A stretch of DNA of 64,000 nucleotides from an uncultured Gammaproteobacteria bacterium (GTDB lineage Bacteria; Patescibacteriota; Patescibacteriia; Veblenbacterales; UBA10138), in contig CAYVOI010000001.1 in the NCBI GenBank assembly GCA_964453605.1, positions 740,095 to 804,094 of the forward strand, in the 5' to 3' direction. Both the position numbers and the translations under genes were made by a program. The notes beneath the pieces were generated by a model. It was not told the DNA's origin. It saw only the letters and a list, made by a program, of their open reading frames with translations, and made no database searches. Below are positions 27,254 through 39,917 of the stretch, piece by piece (position 1 is the stretch's first letter; every line of letters starts with the position of its first letter).

Positions 27254-28204
27254 CTATGCAGCTCGTTGCCGGGTGAGGTAGGCGTAGGCCTGGAGCGCTG
27301 CCTTAGCACCCTCCCCGGCCGCCACCACAATCTGCTTTTCTGGCACCGTGGTGATGTCACCAGCGGCAAACACACCTGGGGCTGAGGTTTGGTTCAGGGT
27401 ATCAATAACCACTTCATGGGCCTGGTTCAACTCCACTACGCCTTGGAGGAAATCGGTGGCGGGTTCATAGCCGATTTCTTCAAAAATGCCCCCCACCGCC
27501 AGTTCTTCTACTTCACCGGTTTGGCGGTGCTTTACCCTGAGGCCTGTAACCTGGGTTCCACCCAAAATTTCAACCGCATCACGCTCGGTGAGCACGGTCA
27601 CGTTATCACTCCCCATAACAGCGTCTACCATCACCTGCTCACCAGTGAGTGCTGGGTTTATGGTTACAGCGTAAACCTTGGGACAAATTTTCTTAAGCTG
27701 GAGGGTGGCGTCGAGCGCCGAGTTACCACCGCCAACTACCGCCACCACCTTACCCTTGTAGAGTGGCGCGTCGCAGGTGGCACAGAAGGTGACCCCGCGG
27801 CCCATGAGTTTTTTTTCGCCCGGGATGTTGAGCATGCGCGGGTTCTTGCCGGCGGCGATGATAACTGCCCCGACGGTAAGCACCTGGCCGTCAGAAAGCT
27901 TAGCCAGCCAACCGTCCTGAAGCTGCTCCAGGTGCACCACCTCTTGACCTTCTACGACTTCGAGGTCAAAGGTAGCGTTGTCGTCGTCAAACCGCTTCAC
28001 GTGCTTGTAGAACTGCGCCGTGAGGTCAGGCCCAGTCACCATGGTAAAACCGAGGTAGTTCTCGATGTCAGCTGACCAGGCCGTTTGTCCGCCGATGACC
28101 TTAGCGACCAGCAGGGTGTCGAGCTTGCGGCGGGTGGCGTAGATGGCGGCTGTCATGCCGGCTGGTCCGCCACCGATGATGAGGAGGTCGTAGTGCGCTT
28201 TCAT
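27254..28204 (-). CDS. Thioredoxin reductase / AhpF-like FAD oxidoreductase
   Basis: DLLIIGGGPAG, GVTFCATCD, VVGGGNSA, GVFAAGD; ATG at 28204 preferred. Confidence 0.93.
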   Translation of the reverse strand: MKAHYDLLIIGGGPAGMTAAIYATRRKLDTLLVAKVIGGQTAWSADIENYLGFTMVTGPDLTAQFYKHVKRFDDDNATFDLEVVEGQEVVHLEQLQDGWLAKLSDGQVLTVGAVIIAAGKNPRMLNIPGEKKLMGRGVTFCATCDAPLYKGKVVAVVGGGNSALDATLQLKKICPKVYAVTINPALTGEQVMVDAVMGSDNVTVLTERDAVEILGGTQVTGLRVKHRQTGEVEELAVGGIFEEIGYEPATDFLQGVVELNQAHEVVIDTLNQTSAPGVFAAGDITTVPEKQIVVAAGEGAKAALQAYAYLTRQRAA

Positions 28205-28209
28205 ACACG

Positions 28210-28977
28210 TTACCGACCAAATTTTTCCCTGAGCGCGGCCGCGATAATCTTGTCCCACAAGTCAAGCGGCACCACGCCGGCTATACGATGGCCGTTCACG
28301 TAGAACGTGGGCGTACCTTGGGCGCCAGCTGCCACCGCTGCTTGAGCGTCAGCTTGGATAGTGTTCAAAGTTAGGTGATTTTGGCGACAGCGGTTGAACT
28401 CGACCAGGTCTAGTGCGAGTGAGGTGGCAAGCGACGTGTAGATACTCTCACCCAAAGCGTCTTGGTTTTGGTAGAGCTGGTCGTGGTACGGCCAGAACTT
28501 GCCCTGCACAGCAGCGCAAGCCGCTGCCTCGGCGGCATTGGTCGCTTCGGGGTGCAGACTTGAATCGAGTAGGTTCAAGGGTAAGTTGCGGTACATGAGC
28601 CGGACAGCTTCGGGGTACTTGGCCAGCACCTGCTTTAAAATAGGTTCCGCTGCGCGGCAGAACGGACACTGAAAATCGCCAAACTCAACTATAGTCACTG
28701 GCGCGGTCACCGGCCCTAGGGTAGGGCTAGAGGGTGTAATAACGTCGTAGGTGGTGTTGGCAGGGGTATTCGTGCTGCCAGAAAACTTAGTGAGCTGGTT
28801 AGTACCAGTGGTCACCTGACCCTGCTTCATAAAGGGCTGCAGCACGAGCGGCAAACCAAACCAGACTGCCAAGAACACCACCACAACCCAAAGCCACGCT
28901 CGCTTCCACCAGGGACGACCTGAGAGCTTAGGCAGCACGAGGTTGGGTGTTGAGTTCAGTTCAGGCTGCATGTCCAT
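28210..28977 (-). CDS. DsbA-family oxidoreductase
   Basis: TM anchor, EFGDFQCPFC, GTPTFYVNG. Confidence 0.92.
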   Translation of the reverse strand: MDMQPELNSTPNLVLPKLSGRPWWKRAWLWVVVVFLAVWFGLPLVLQPFMKQGQVTTGTNQLTKFSGSTNTPANTTYDVITPSSPTLGPVTAPVTIVEFGDFQCPFCRAAEPILKQVLAKYPEAVRLMYRNLPLNLLDSSLHPEATNAAEAAACAAVQGKFWPYHDQLYQNQDALGESIYTSLATSLALDLVEFNRCRQNHLTLNTIQADAQAAVAAGAQGTPTFYVNGHRIAGVVPLDLWDKIIAAALREKFGR

Positions 28978-28994
28978 AGCACTGTACCTAAAGC

Positions 28995-30431
28995 TTACAC
29001 CTTTGGCTGCCTCGCGTGCCAGGGAGTTACTTGCTCATAGGCGTAAGCCAGCCTTAGCATGGTGCTCTCGGCAAAGGGGGCGGCTATGAGCTGCAACCCG
29101 ACCGGCAAATTCTCGCTGAAGCCGCAAGGCAGAGAGAGCGCCGGCAGGCCGGCAATGTTGGCTGGCACGGTGTAGACATCCTGCAGGTACAACGCGAGTG
29201 GGTCGTTGGCCTTGCTACCTAAGGGAAAGGCCACGGTTGGTGCTGTAGGTGTGGCAAGTGCATCCACTGTTTTAAACACTTCGGCAAACTCTTGTTTGAT
29301 GCGCGCACGGGCGGCTTGGGCCGTGCGATAGTAGGCATCGTAGTAGCCGCTGCTGAGCACGTACGTACCAAGCATAATACGGCGCTTGGCCTCGGCACCA
29401 AAGTAGCGCCCTCTGGTTTTGGCGTAGCGCTCGTAGAGTGTAGCGGCCTCGGCCACCGCACCGTAGCGCACCGAGTCGTAGCGCGCTAAGTTAGCGCTAA
29501 CCTCTGACGGGCAAATAACATAGTACGCCGCCAGCGCGTAAGCCATGCTCGGCAGTGAAACTTCCCTGGGCTTCGCACCCAGTTCCTCAAGCTTAGCAAT
29601 AGCCTCTTCAACTACCTGCTTAACACCGAGGTCTAACCCTTCGGCAAAAAACTCTTTCGGCACGCCAACGCGCAAACCTTTGATTGGCTTTGGTAGCTCA
29701 GCCACGTAGTTAGGCACAGTTGTGTGCACACTCGTGGCGTCATGTGGATCATGCCCTGCCATAGCTTGCAGCACGTAGGCGGCGTCTTCCACCGTTCGCG
29801 CGAACGGCCCGGGGCAGTCAAAGGACGATGTCATCGCTATGAGCCCATAACGTGAGGCGCGGCCATAGGTAGGCTTCACGCCAACCACGCCGCAAAAACT
29901 GGCTGGCTGGCGCACGGAGCCGCCGGTGTCAGTACCTAAAGCCACCAAACACTCCTGAGCTGCCACTGCGGCGGCCGAACCAGAAGATGAACCCCCGGGC
30001 ACACGCGAGGTGTCCCAGGGGTTTTTAGTCGGGCCAAAGGCCGAGTTCTCACCCGAGGTGCCCATGGCAAACTCGTCGCAGTTGGTTTTACCAACCACAA
30101 TCGCCCCAGCCTGGGTTAAACGCTCAACCACCGTAGCTCCGTACGGCGGTACGTAACCCTGTAAAATTTTTGAACCGGCCGTGGCCTGAACACCTTGGGT
30201 TACCAAAACATCCTTAACAGCCAGTGGTACCCCAGCCAAAGGTCCGAGCCCTTCCCCACGCCTTATTTTTTCGTCCAATGCTTCAGCTTGAACTAACGCT
30301 TGATCAAGCGTTGGCGCGATGAAGCTGTTGAGCTTACTGTGCTTGATATTTTTCGCGTGCTCACGGACTACATCGGCCGCTGACATGTCACCGGCCTTAA
30401 CCTTAGTTACTAGTTCGCGTATCCCGAGCAT
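28995..30431 (-). CDS. gatA: Asp/Glu-tRNA amidotransferase subunit A
   Basis: GKTNCDEFAMG, PGGSSSGSAAAV, GTDTGGSVRQPA, RRIMLGTYVLSSGYYDAYY. Confidence 0.97.
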   Translation of the reverse strand: MLGIRELVTKVKAGDMSAADVVREHAKNIKHSKLNSFIAPTLDQALVQAEALDEKIRRGEGLGPLAGVPLAVKDVLVTQGVQATAGSKILQGYVPPYGATVVERLTQAGAIVVGKTNCDEFAMGTSGENSAFGPTKNPWDTSRVPGGSSSGSAAAVAAQECLVALGTDTGGSVRQPASFCGVVGVKPTYGRASRYGLIAMTSSFDCPGPFARTVEDAAYVLQAMAGHDPHDATSVHTTVPNYVAELPKPIKGLRVGVPKEFFAEGLDLGVKQVVEEAIAKLEELGAKPREVSLPSMAYALAAYYVICPSEVSANLARYDSVRYGAVAEAATLYERYAKTRGRYFGAEAKRRIMLGTYVLSSGYYDAYYRTAQAARARIKQEFAEVFKTVDALATPTAPTVAFPLGSKANDPLALYLQDVYTVPANIAGLPALSLPCGFSENLPVGLQLIAAPFAESTMLRLAYAYEQVTPWHARQPKV

Positions 30432-30433
30432 GA

Positions 30434-30733
30434 CTACTCCCTATCACTAAACACGGCCGGCACCTCCACTAGGTTATCGTGGTGCTGGGGCGCCTGCTCA
30501 ACCAAACGCTGCGTTTCCGGCCATGGCGATACTGCATCAGGCCGCAGCGCAACTCCCTCACCCGTGGTCTGCTGCGCCGTACCTGGCGTAAGCTCTTGCA
30601 GATTACTTACGTAACCCAACACATCGCCGAGCTGTTTAGCATAACGCTCGACTTCAGCCTTCGTCAGCTCCAGCCGCGCCAGCTTAGCCAGGTGTTCTAC
30701 TTCGGTTGTGGAGAGCCTAGCGCCCTTAGGCAT
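30434..30733 (-). CDS. gatC: Asp/Glu-tRNA amidotransferase subunit C
   Basis: EVEHLAKLARLEL...LRPD...VPAVF, directly upstream of gatA. Confidence 0.93.
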   Translation of the reverse strand: MPKGARLSTTEVEHLAKLARLELTKAEVERYAKQLGDVLGYVSNLQELTPGTAQQTTGEGVALRPDAVSPWPETQRLVEQAPQHHDNLVEVPAVFSDRE

Positions 30734-30910
30734 ATACCCCTACAGTATACCTGGCCAGCTAGACCCTTGACAAAAGACCTCGGGTGCGCTAGTATAAGAT
30801 GTTCTTTAACACAAGTTGTTAGCTCTCTCCTGCCCACTGTAGCCAGCGTGCAGCAGAGAGCTACTAAATAACCCATATCAACCCCAAAACCAACAAGAAG
30901 GAGCGGCCCC

Positions 30911-31396
30911 ATGACGGTAAAAACCGTATCCCGGAACTTCACCACTGTTGTCGAACTCGACAATGTCCGGCTCAGAGTGCCGGACAGCTTCAAAAGCGAA
31001 TGTAAGGTGCCTGCGACCAACATAACGGTCGATGCCCAGGTTGTACCCGACACGAGGCACTACTACAGCGGCGTGCCGCTGGCCGGTGGTGTCTACTTGA
31101 ATAGGCACTACTACTTCCCGACGGTGGTGGTGCCACTGGGGAAGTCAGTCGTAGCCCGCGTGCGGGTAGAAACCGAGACCTTCCCCGACGGCCGGGAGTT
31201 CACCATGATGAGAATTTTCGTCTACGCCGAACCGCGGCGAGCAGAGTATGAGCTCAAGCTGCGACAAGGCGGCGACGTATGCAACCTTCACAACCAAGTT
31301 CAAGGAGGCATCCCTATCAAGGGGACGCAAGCAAAAATTGTGTTCGAAAAAATCGAACACAAAACAGCCGAAGCTGCCCAGGTGGTTGCCGCCTGA
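30911..31396 (+). CDS. Hypothetical protein (cargo gene)
   Basis: 161 aa, AAGGAG RBS, promoter TTGACA(30767)-17-TAGTAT, terminator near 31410-31445. Confidence 0.75.
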   Translation: MTVKTVSRNFTTVVELDNVRLRVPDSFKSECKVPATNITVDAQVVPDTRHYYSGVPLAGGVYLNRHYYFPTVVVPLGKSVVARVRVETETFPDGREFTMMRIFVYAEPRRAEYELKLRQGGDVCNLHNQVQGGIPIKGTQAKIVFEKIEHKTAEAAQVVAA

Positions 31397-31455
31397 ACCG
31401 TCGAACCAGAAAAGGGTGAGTATATTCTCTCGCCCTTTTTATTTTGGCAAAAAAT

Positions 31456-31551
31456 TTATACCCCTACTAGGCGCTGAAACTCTGTTTCACTCATTACCTT
31501 AATCCCCAACTTTTTTGCTTTATCCAATTTACTCCCTGGGTTTTCACCCAC
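31456..31551 (-). pseudogene. Orphan second 3' end of ligA (BRCT tail)
   Basis: [31 protein letters not shown] versus Lig[31 protein letters not shown]; 27 bp identical (31523-31549 = 32397-32423). Confidence 0.88.
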
Positions 31552-31576
31552 CTGCCAGCTAAAAAAGTGTAAAGAG

Positions 31577-32308
31577 CTAGCTTAGCTGAGCGTACGCTAG
31601 CACACCAAAATGGTCAGACGGGTACGGTCTATGGCGCTGTCCTGGCACCACCCCATACCGATTGATACGCCAATCGCGAGTGAAAAAAATGGCATCGTAA
31701 CAAAACAAAGGTACGCCCAACCAATGCGTGGTGGGTTGTGGGTTAGGAACTGTCTGAAAGCCCGCCCGATAGAGCGTTCGCCACACCCGACTCCGCGGCC
31801 CAGAGTTAAAATCACCAGCTACTACCTTAGGCCCAGCCCCGGCTGCGTGCACCTGGGCTAGCAGCACGGCCAGCGCCTTACGCTTACCCGACAAGTTAAA
31901 AGCCAACGGCAGGTGAGTATTGTAAACCGTAAATGGCCTGGGATCTGAAAGGTACTTAAACCTTCCCCAGGTGCATATTCTTGGGTAGAGATCGTACCCA
32001 CGGCTGGGCTTAGCTGGGGTTGAGCTCAACCAAAAGCTACCCTGCTCAAGCAAAGTGACGGCGCTAGTGTTATAGAAAACAGCACAGTATTCGCCAGTGG
32101 TCTTACCATCGTCTCTGCCTACACCAATAAAGCTGTAGTTCAACAGATGCGCTTGTAAAAACTCGAGCTGTGGGGTCTTCGCTTCCTGCACACAAAAGAG
32201 ATCAGGCTGGGTTTGTAGTAAAATAGGTAGGCACAGCTCCCGTCTCTTGTGCCAAGACTTTTGGCTGAGGCTGACATCAACCTTGAGGTTCCAACTGATA
32301 AATCGCAT
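31577..32308 (-). CDS. Endonuclease/exonuclease/phosphatase family protein
   Basis: ISWNL, PDLFCVQE, GVGRDDG, FWLS, NTHL, AGDFNS, YPSDH. Confidence 0.92.
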   Translation of the reverse strand: MRFISWNLKVDVSLSQKSWHKRRELCLPILLQTQPDLFCVQEAKTPQLEFLQAHLLNYSFIGVGRDDGKTTGEYCAVFYNTSAVTLLEQGSFWLSSTPAKPSRGYDLYPRICTWGRFKYLSDPRPFTVYNTHLPLAFNLSGKRKALAVLLAQVHAAGAGPKVVAGDFNSGPRSRVWRTLYRAGFQTVPNPQPTTHWLGVPLFCYDAIFFTRDWRINRYGVVPGQRHRPYPSDHFGVLAYAQLS

Positions 32309-32332
32309 AATGCACCCGGCGAGCGCCTAAGG

Positions 32333-35169
<2,837 letters not shown>

Positions 35170-35172
35170 AGG

Positions 35173-35865
35173 TTAGCGCACGTAGGCGCGCGAGGTTACC
35201 GTGGTCTGTAGGTAGCTCGAGACGCGGTTATCGACCTTAGCGTCGATAGTGCTGACGGAAAGCGCGATGGTGACCTGCGGCTGCACATCAGGGGTACAGC
35301 TCGGTGGCGTGAGGCCTCCACCGCAGACCGTGCCATTGCTGGAGAAGGGATCACCGAGCGGTGTGGGGTAAAAGTTTAAGGCCTCCACGGAGAGCGTGGG
35401 CGAGGTTATAACCTCAAACGGGCCACCGTCACGGCTTACCTGCACACAGCCAATGTCAGTGACCCCGTCCGCGGAGGGGCACTGCGCCTGCCCCCGCTGG
35501 AGCCGAAAGCTAACCGAGGTGTGCTCGGCTGTCAACAGCTTGAGCTCGTTCGATTGGTCAATCCGGGCTGGCACGGTACTGCCGAGGTACGAGCTGTAGT
35601 CTACCGTATCAGCGCGCACTTCGCGTGCCAGCACGTCCATGAGGTAGCGCGCGTTGGTAGAGGCAGTCTGGCTGGAGCGGAGCCGACTTTGGGCGCGCTG
35701 CACGTTCACAAAAATTTCGGCAATAATTACGCTGGCCAGCATGAAGATGAACATGGCCACCACAATTTCCATCAGGGTGAACCCCGCACCACTTTTTCCG
35801 GAAAAAAAGTGGTGCGGGGCAAATCCCCTTAAGCGCGGTGAAGACGTTGGTAACGTGTGTGCCAT
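35173..35865 (-). CDS. PilW-like minor pilin
   Basis: G|FTLMEIVV; C-terminal QPQVTI...LQTTVTSR. Confidence 0.85.
   Translation of the reverse strand: MAHTLPTSSPRLRGFAPHHFFSGKSGAGFTLMEIVVAMFIFMLASVIIAEIFVNVQRAQSRLRSSQTASTNARYLMDVLAREVRADTVDYSSYLGSTVPARIDQSNELKLLTAEHTSVSFRLQRGQAQCPSADGVTDIGCVQVSRDGGPFEVITSPTLSVEALNFYPTPLGDPFSSNGTVCGGGLTPPSCTPDVQPQVTIALSVSTIDAKVDNRVSSYLQTTVTSRAYVR
35782..35819. repeat. In-frame palindromic mini-element in a prepilin leader
   Basis: CCCCGCACCACTTTTT-CCGGAA-AAAAAGTGGTGCGGGG, translated within GF-APHHFFSGKSGA-GF. Confidence 0.85.
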
Positions 35866-35866
35866 A

Positions 35867-36586
35867 CTACCTCCAGTTGTATATGTACTCCACCAGGCTT
35901 AAGCTACGCCTGAGTACGCCCCCAAAAAGCCCAGCGGCTGGCCAGGCCACCTGCGACTCCACCCGGTAGCCAACTTTAGTGCCGCCAGCTGGCGGGCAGT
36001 CTCCGTTCGGCCGGTCGTAGTAGGTGGTGGTCGTGGAACCGTTCTGGCACACCGGGTCCAGCATCAGCGCCCGGTAGTACCCGGTGGGCTGGTACGAGCT
36101 GGGGAGGGTGAGGGTAGGGTCTTGGCGCCAGAGGTAGAACTGGCTAGCGCTGCCCCGGAAGAGCTGCAGCGCGGGCTGGCTAAAGTTGGCGCGGCTGGTG
36201 TCAAAGGGCACAAACTGTAACGTCCAGCTCCCTGGCGTAGTGGTGCTAGGGTCGTCGGACGGCGGGGCGAACAGGAGAGCGGCGCCGCAGTACGTACTCC
36301 GGCAATCATTCTGCCCCGGGGTGAGGCCGGTGTCCCAAGTGCGGGTAGGGTCGCTGTGGGAGGCAGCCAACCAGTTACTATCGCGTATGCCCCGCACCAC
36401 CTCTATGCCCTCGCGCGCCAGCTGCAGCGCCACCACGCGCTGGTTTGAGGCGGCGGTGGCGCTCACGTTCTGTAGCGTCAGGGTGAGAATAGCCCCTAAG
36501 CCCAATAGTATCATGCCTATGGCCATGGTTGCCTCGAGCAAACCTTGGCCGTGGGGTGGGTGGTCGAGGTAGTACCTTAGTACCAT
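35867..36586 (-). CDS. PilV-like minor pilin
   Basis: G|QGLLEATMAIG; LAREGIEVVRGIRDSNW; ATG at 36586 preferred over 36682. Confidence 0.8.
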   Translation of the reverse strand: MVLRYYLDHPPHGQGLLEATMAIGMILLGLGAILTLTLQNVSATAASNQRVVALQLAREGIEVVRGIRDSNWLAASHSDPTRTWDTGLTPGQNDCRSTYCGAALLFAPPSDDPSTTTPGSWTLQFVPFDTSRANFSQPALQLFRGSASQFYLWRQDPTLTLPSSYQPTGYYRALMLDPVCQNGSTTTTYYDRPNGDCPPAGGTKVGYRVESQVAWPAAGLFGGVLRRSLSLVEYIYNWR

Positions 36587-36590
36587 AGGG

Positions 36591-37229
36591 CTACTGGATA
36601 AATACCTGACCAGTGGCAGCGTTGAGGTGCACACTGAGCGTTGTGCCGCCACCCTTGGGGTGCTGAATGGTGATAACAGCATTGCTAGCGCTGTTGTTCA
36701 CCGTCACGGTTTCCACAAATGGGTCAAACACAATATCGAGCGGGTCCCCAGGCTGCAGGTTGGAGAACTTGACGTTGGGTGAAACCTGCACCGCGCGCAC
36801 AAAAATAAAGTTCTGATCAGCCTCTGAGTAGGTGTAGGTTTTAGGTGCCGCTGTTTCACAATCAGCAAACTCGATAATGGTGTTGGGCGAGGTCAGGTGT
36901 AGGCCGTAGCCCGAGGGTGGTGGGCCAGCCGTGGAGAGCAGGTGCCCGGGGTTGGCGGGGTCGGGGCAGGGTGACGGAGTAACTGTGCCAGAGCTGGCAG
37001 CTGTCTGTGCTTCGCGTAACGCAGCTTGCACAATACCGGCCGCACCGTTGAGCTCATCACGGTACTGGCCGCTACGAAAGTTCACAATGACGAGGCTGGT
37101 GATGATGACAAAAATACCCATCGAAACCAGGAGCTCCACCAAGGTGAAACCACGCAGCACTCGAGCACTCGAGCACTCGAGCACTCGGCCAGAGGAGTAC
37201 CAACACATGCTATTGGCAGGAGCTTGCAT
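36591..37229 (-). CDS. FimT/GspH-like minor pilin
   Basis: G|FTLVELLVSMGI; LREAQTAA; YGLHL; C-terminal NAATGQV. Confidence 0.85.
   Translation of the reverse strand: MQAPANSMCWYSSGRVLECSSARVLRGFTLVELLVSMGIFVIITSLVIVNFRSGQYRDELNGAAGIVQAALREAQTAASSGTVTPSPCPDPANPGHLLSTAGPPPSGYGLHLTSPNTIIEFADCETAAPKTYTYSEADQNFIFVRAVQVSPNVKFSNLQPGDPLDIVFDPFVETVTVNNSASNAVITIQHPKGGGTTLSVHLNAATGQVFIQ
37155..37187. repeat. Octamer tandem repeat (GAGCACTC)n
   Basis: About four units, CAGCACTCGAGCACTCGAGCACTCGAGCACTCG, inside the prepilin leader. Confidence 0.85.
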
Positions 37230-37270
37230 GGTTTAGTGACCTAGTGTTCTAGAGACGAAGTGATTGTATT

Positions 37271-38056
37271 CTACCACAAAAACGAACTGTACCACTGCCA
37301 AAGGGAATCGCCCCAGAGCAGCACCAGGAGCGTAGCTGCAGTAAGGAACGTGCCTAGAGGTAGCTGACTACCCCACGTTTTTTTACCTGTAGCGAGGAGG
37401 GCCAAACCTACCAGGGCGCCGCTCACGTAGGCAAGCAAGAACACCAGCAGCAAACTAGGAAAACTCCCAACTATAACGGCGACGAGCGCGCCAAGGCGTA
37501 TGTCGCCGTCCCCTACCCATCGGCCCCTGGACACCGCGTACTGTAACCAAAACCAGCTAGCACCCACTAAACCTAAGACTACCAAGAGGTGCCAGTCTTT
37601 CCCTGCCAGCACGTTGAGCATAAACGCGACTACCAACCCGGGTAGCGTCACTTCATCGGGCAAAATGTACCAGCGTGCATCAAACACAAACAGGGTTAAG
37701 AGCAGGCTCGCAAACACACCGAAGGTTAAAAACGGCAGCACGTTTGCAAACGTAAACACGGAGGTAAGCTGCGGCGGGAACCACAGGTACCCCGCGAGCC
37801 ACAAGAGTCCGCTCGTAAGCTCCACCAACGGGTACTGCCAGGAGATGGGCTGGCGGCAGGTGCGGCAGCGGGCCCGGAGGAGTACGAAGGACAGTAGCGG
37901 CAGGTTGTCGTACCAGGTGAGCTGTTTCCGGCACTTAGGACAGTAGGAGCGAGCAGTTAAGAACGGCTCACCGTTCGCCAAGCGGAGTATGACTACGTTG
38001 AGGAAGCTGCCCAGGCAGAGACCAAAGAGAAAAACTAAACTGAGTATGACTATCAT
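37271..38056 (-). CDS. pilD: Prepilin peptidase
   Basis: GSFLNVVI, RSYCPKC...CRTC...ISWQYPLVE, VFDARWYILPD, GDGDIRL. Confidence 0.95.
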   Translation of the reverse strand: MIVILSLVFLFGLCLGSFLNVVILRLANGEPFLTARSYCPKCRKQLTWYDNLPLLSFVLLRARCRTCRQPISWQYPLVELTSGLLWLAGYLWFPPQLTSVFTFANVLPFLTFGVFASLLLTLFVFDARWYILPDEVTLPGLVVAFMLNVLAGKDWHLLVVLGLVGASWFWLQYAVSRGRWVGDGDIRLGALVAVIVGSFPSLLLVFLLAYVSGALVGLALLATGKKTWGSQLPLGTFLTAATLLVLLWGDSLWQWYSSFLW

Positions 38057-38099
38057 GCTACCGTTAGTCTAACATAAACCGGAGTTTAGACATCGGCCC

Positions 38100-39917
38100 T
38101 CACGGGTGCCCCAGCCACCAGGAGCGATGGGCAACATAGTCTAAATATTCCTGGCTGGGCGCTTCAGCATCAAACCTAATAGCAAGGAGCAGCAGACCCT
38201 GTGAGGCGGGAAGCTTACCCTGCTCTAGGGGGACGGCGGCCTGCAAGTACAGGTAGTGAGCCAGGCTTGGTGCGAGTAAACGATCAACGTGCCCCAAGTC
38301 CGTGGGCTTAAAACTGGGCGGGAGCGACGCAGCATGAACGAGGGCCCCGCGTGCACTGGCCTCAGTAGCAAATACCTGGTAACTAAAGCCCCACGCTCGG
38401 CTATGCAGGTTCGGGCTCACGTTCTCAACTGGAAACGTGGTAAAGAGCGGCCGGTGGGCTCTGTCGGCGTACTGCCAAGCAAGGTCTAAAAACTCACGCC
38501 GCTGAGCTAAGAACGGCAACTTGTCATAGGCTGGGCTAAAGTGCGAAAAGTCCGCGGGCAACATCGTAGCACTAGTATCCTCCAGCAAGGTTACGTCCGG
38601 CCGCAGGTGTTCTACGAACTGCACATAGAAAAACGAAAAGAGCTCGGTATCGATCACCCAATCTGTCTGTTTCACAAGCAGTACAGCCCGGGGTGGTAGC
38701 GAGGCGAGCTGCTCGTGTGCAACGTCGTAGATGAGGTGCTGCCGGCTTAGGTCAGTGGCCGACCGATGCTCTGCCCAGAGCGCCAGCGGTACACTACAGA
38801 GCACAGTGGTAGCAAACACACCAAGCCAAAGTCGCCGCGACCTGACTTCCGGCCACTTCAAGATAACCCAATGGTACAGCCAGGCTGTTCCCATAGCAGC
38901 GTATACCACAACTATGGCATAGGCCACAATGTAGTACACCCGGTATACGTAAGCTACGTCTAGCCCCCAGCTGTAGTTTCTGAGAAACACAATGAGCACA
39001 CTCTGAGTAAACCAGGTACCTAGGAGGAGGGTCCCTACCCGCCAATCACGCCAGCTTATGAGTAGGCCTAACAGAGCCGCGAGAACGACAATCCAACCGA
39101 ACTCACTCGGCCAGCTCTGGAAAAAATCGGTCACCAACCCCAGCTTCCCACTGGCTACCGCTAGCTTGCCGAAATCTGCGTACTGAGCTCGACTCACGTG
39201 CTGCCAGAAGCTGGTCCAGGTGTGAATGTTACCCCAATTAAGTGCAGGGTGAGCGCGTGATAAGAGTGGTAGTACACCGTACACCGAACAACCCGCAAAG
39301 AAAAACAGCGCGCTCCGAAGCGTCACGTGCCAATCGCGCAGTAACCTAGGGTCGGTAAAGGCTGCAAATGCCAAGTAGACAGGCAGCAGGAGTACCATGA
39401 GCTGGTGCACCCCTGTGCCCAAACCCACTAAAACCATGACAGCATACCAGAACGAACGCTGCCCAGTCTCACCCCACTTAAGTAAGAAATAGAATGTCGT
39501 GAGTGCGAACAGGGCGTACAGGCTGTAGTGACCAGCTACCACTGACTGAGACCAAAACGTGGTTGAGAAAGCCAAGGTCAGTGCCGCCACGAGCGCCAGG
39601 GGGCGAAGCTTAGTCAGGTGACGGACAACAAGGTAGGTAAAGTAGACCGCACCCGCCCCACCTATACCCGAGAGCAGGTTCACCCGCCACGGAACTGAGC
39701 CAAACGGGAGGAATGTGGCAAGTTTCCCCAGTAACACATAGAGCGGGTAGCCAGGTGGGTGTGGCACTCCCAGAGTGGCGGCCGCGGTGATGAACTCTGA
39801 ACTATCACGCACGTAGAGGGACGGCGCCAAGGTAGCGACGTACGCAGCCAGTGGCAGCCCAAAAGCTACCACACCCCAGACATCAACCTTGGTGAACAGG
39901 GAACGCCACACGCTCAT
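38100..39917 (-). CDS. DUF2723 / TMEM260-like GT-C glycosyltransferase
   Basis: YVATLAPSL...DSSEFITAAATLGVPHPPGYPLYVLLGKL...WRVNLLS...TFWSQS...LNWG...LRPDV; multi-TM. Confidence 0.9.
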   Translation of the reverse strand: MSVWRSLFTKVDVWGVVAFGLPLAAYVATLAPSLYVRDSSEFITAAATLGVPHPPGYPLYVLLGKLATFLPFGSVPWRVNLLSGIGGAGAVYFTYLVVRHLTKLRPLALVAALTLAFSTTFWSQSVVAGHYSLYALFALTTFYFLLKWGETGQRSFWYAVMVLVGLGTGVHQLMVLLLPVYLAFAAFTDPRLLRDWHVTLRSALFFFAGCSVYGVLPLLSRAHPALNWGNIHTWTSFWQHVSRAQYADFGKLAVASGKLGLVTDFFQSWPSEFGWIVVLAALLGLLISWRDWRVGTLLLGTWFTQSVLIVFLRNYSWGLDVAYVYRVYYIVAYAIVVVYAAMGTAWLYHWVILKWPEVRSRRLWLGVFATTVLCSVPLALWAEHRSATDLSRQHLIYDVAHEQLASLPPRAVLLVKQTDWVIDTELFSFFYVQFVEHLRPDVTLLEDTSATMLPADFSHFSPAYDKLPFLAQRREFLDLAWQYADRAHRPLFTTFPVENVSPNLHSRAWGFSYQVFATEASARGALVHAASLPPSFKPTDLGHVDRLLAPSLAHYLYLQAAVPLEQGKLPASQGLLLLAIRFDAEAPSQEYLDYVAHRSWWLGHP

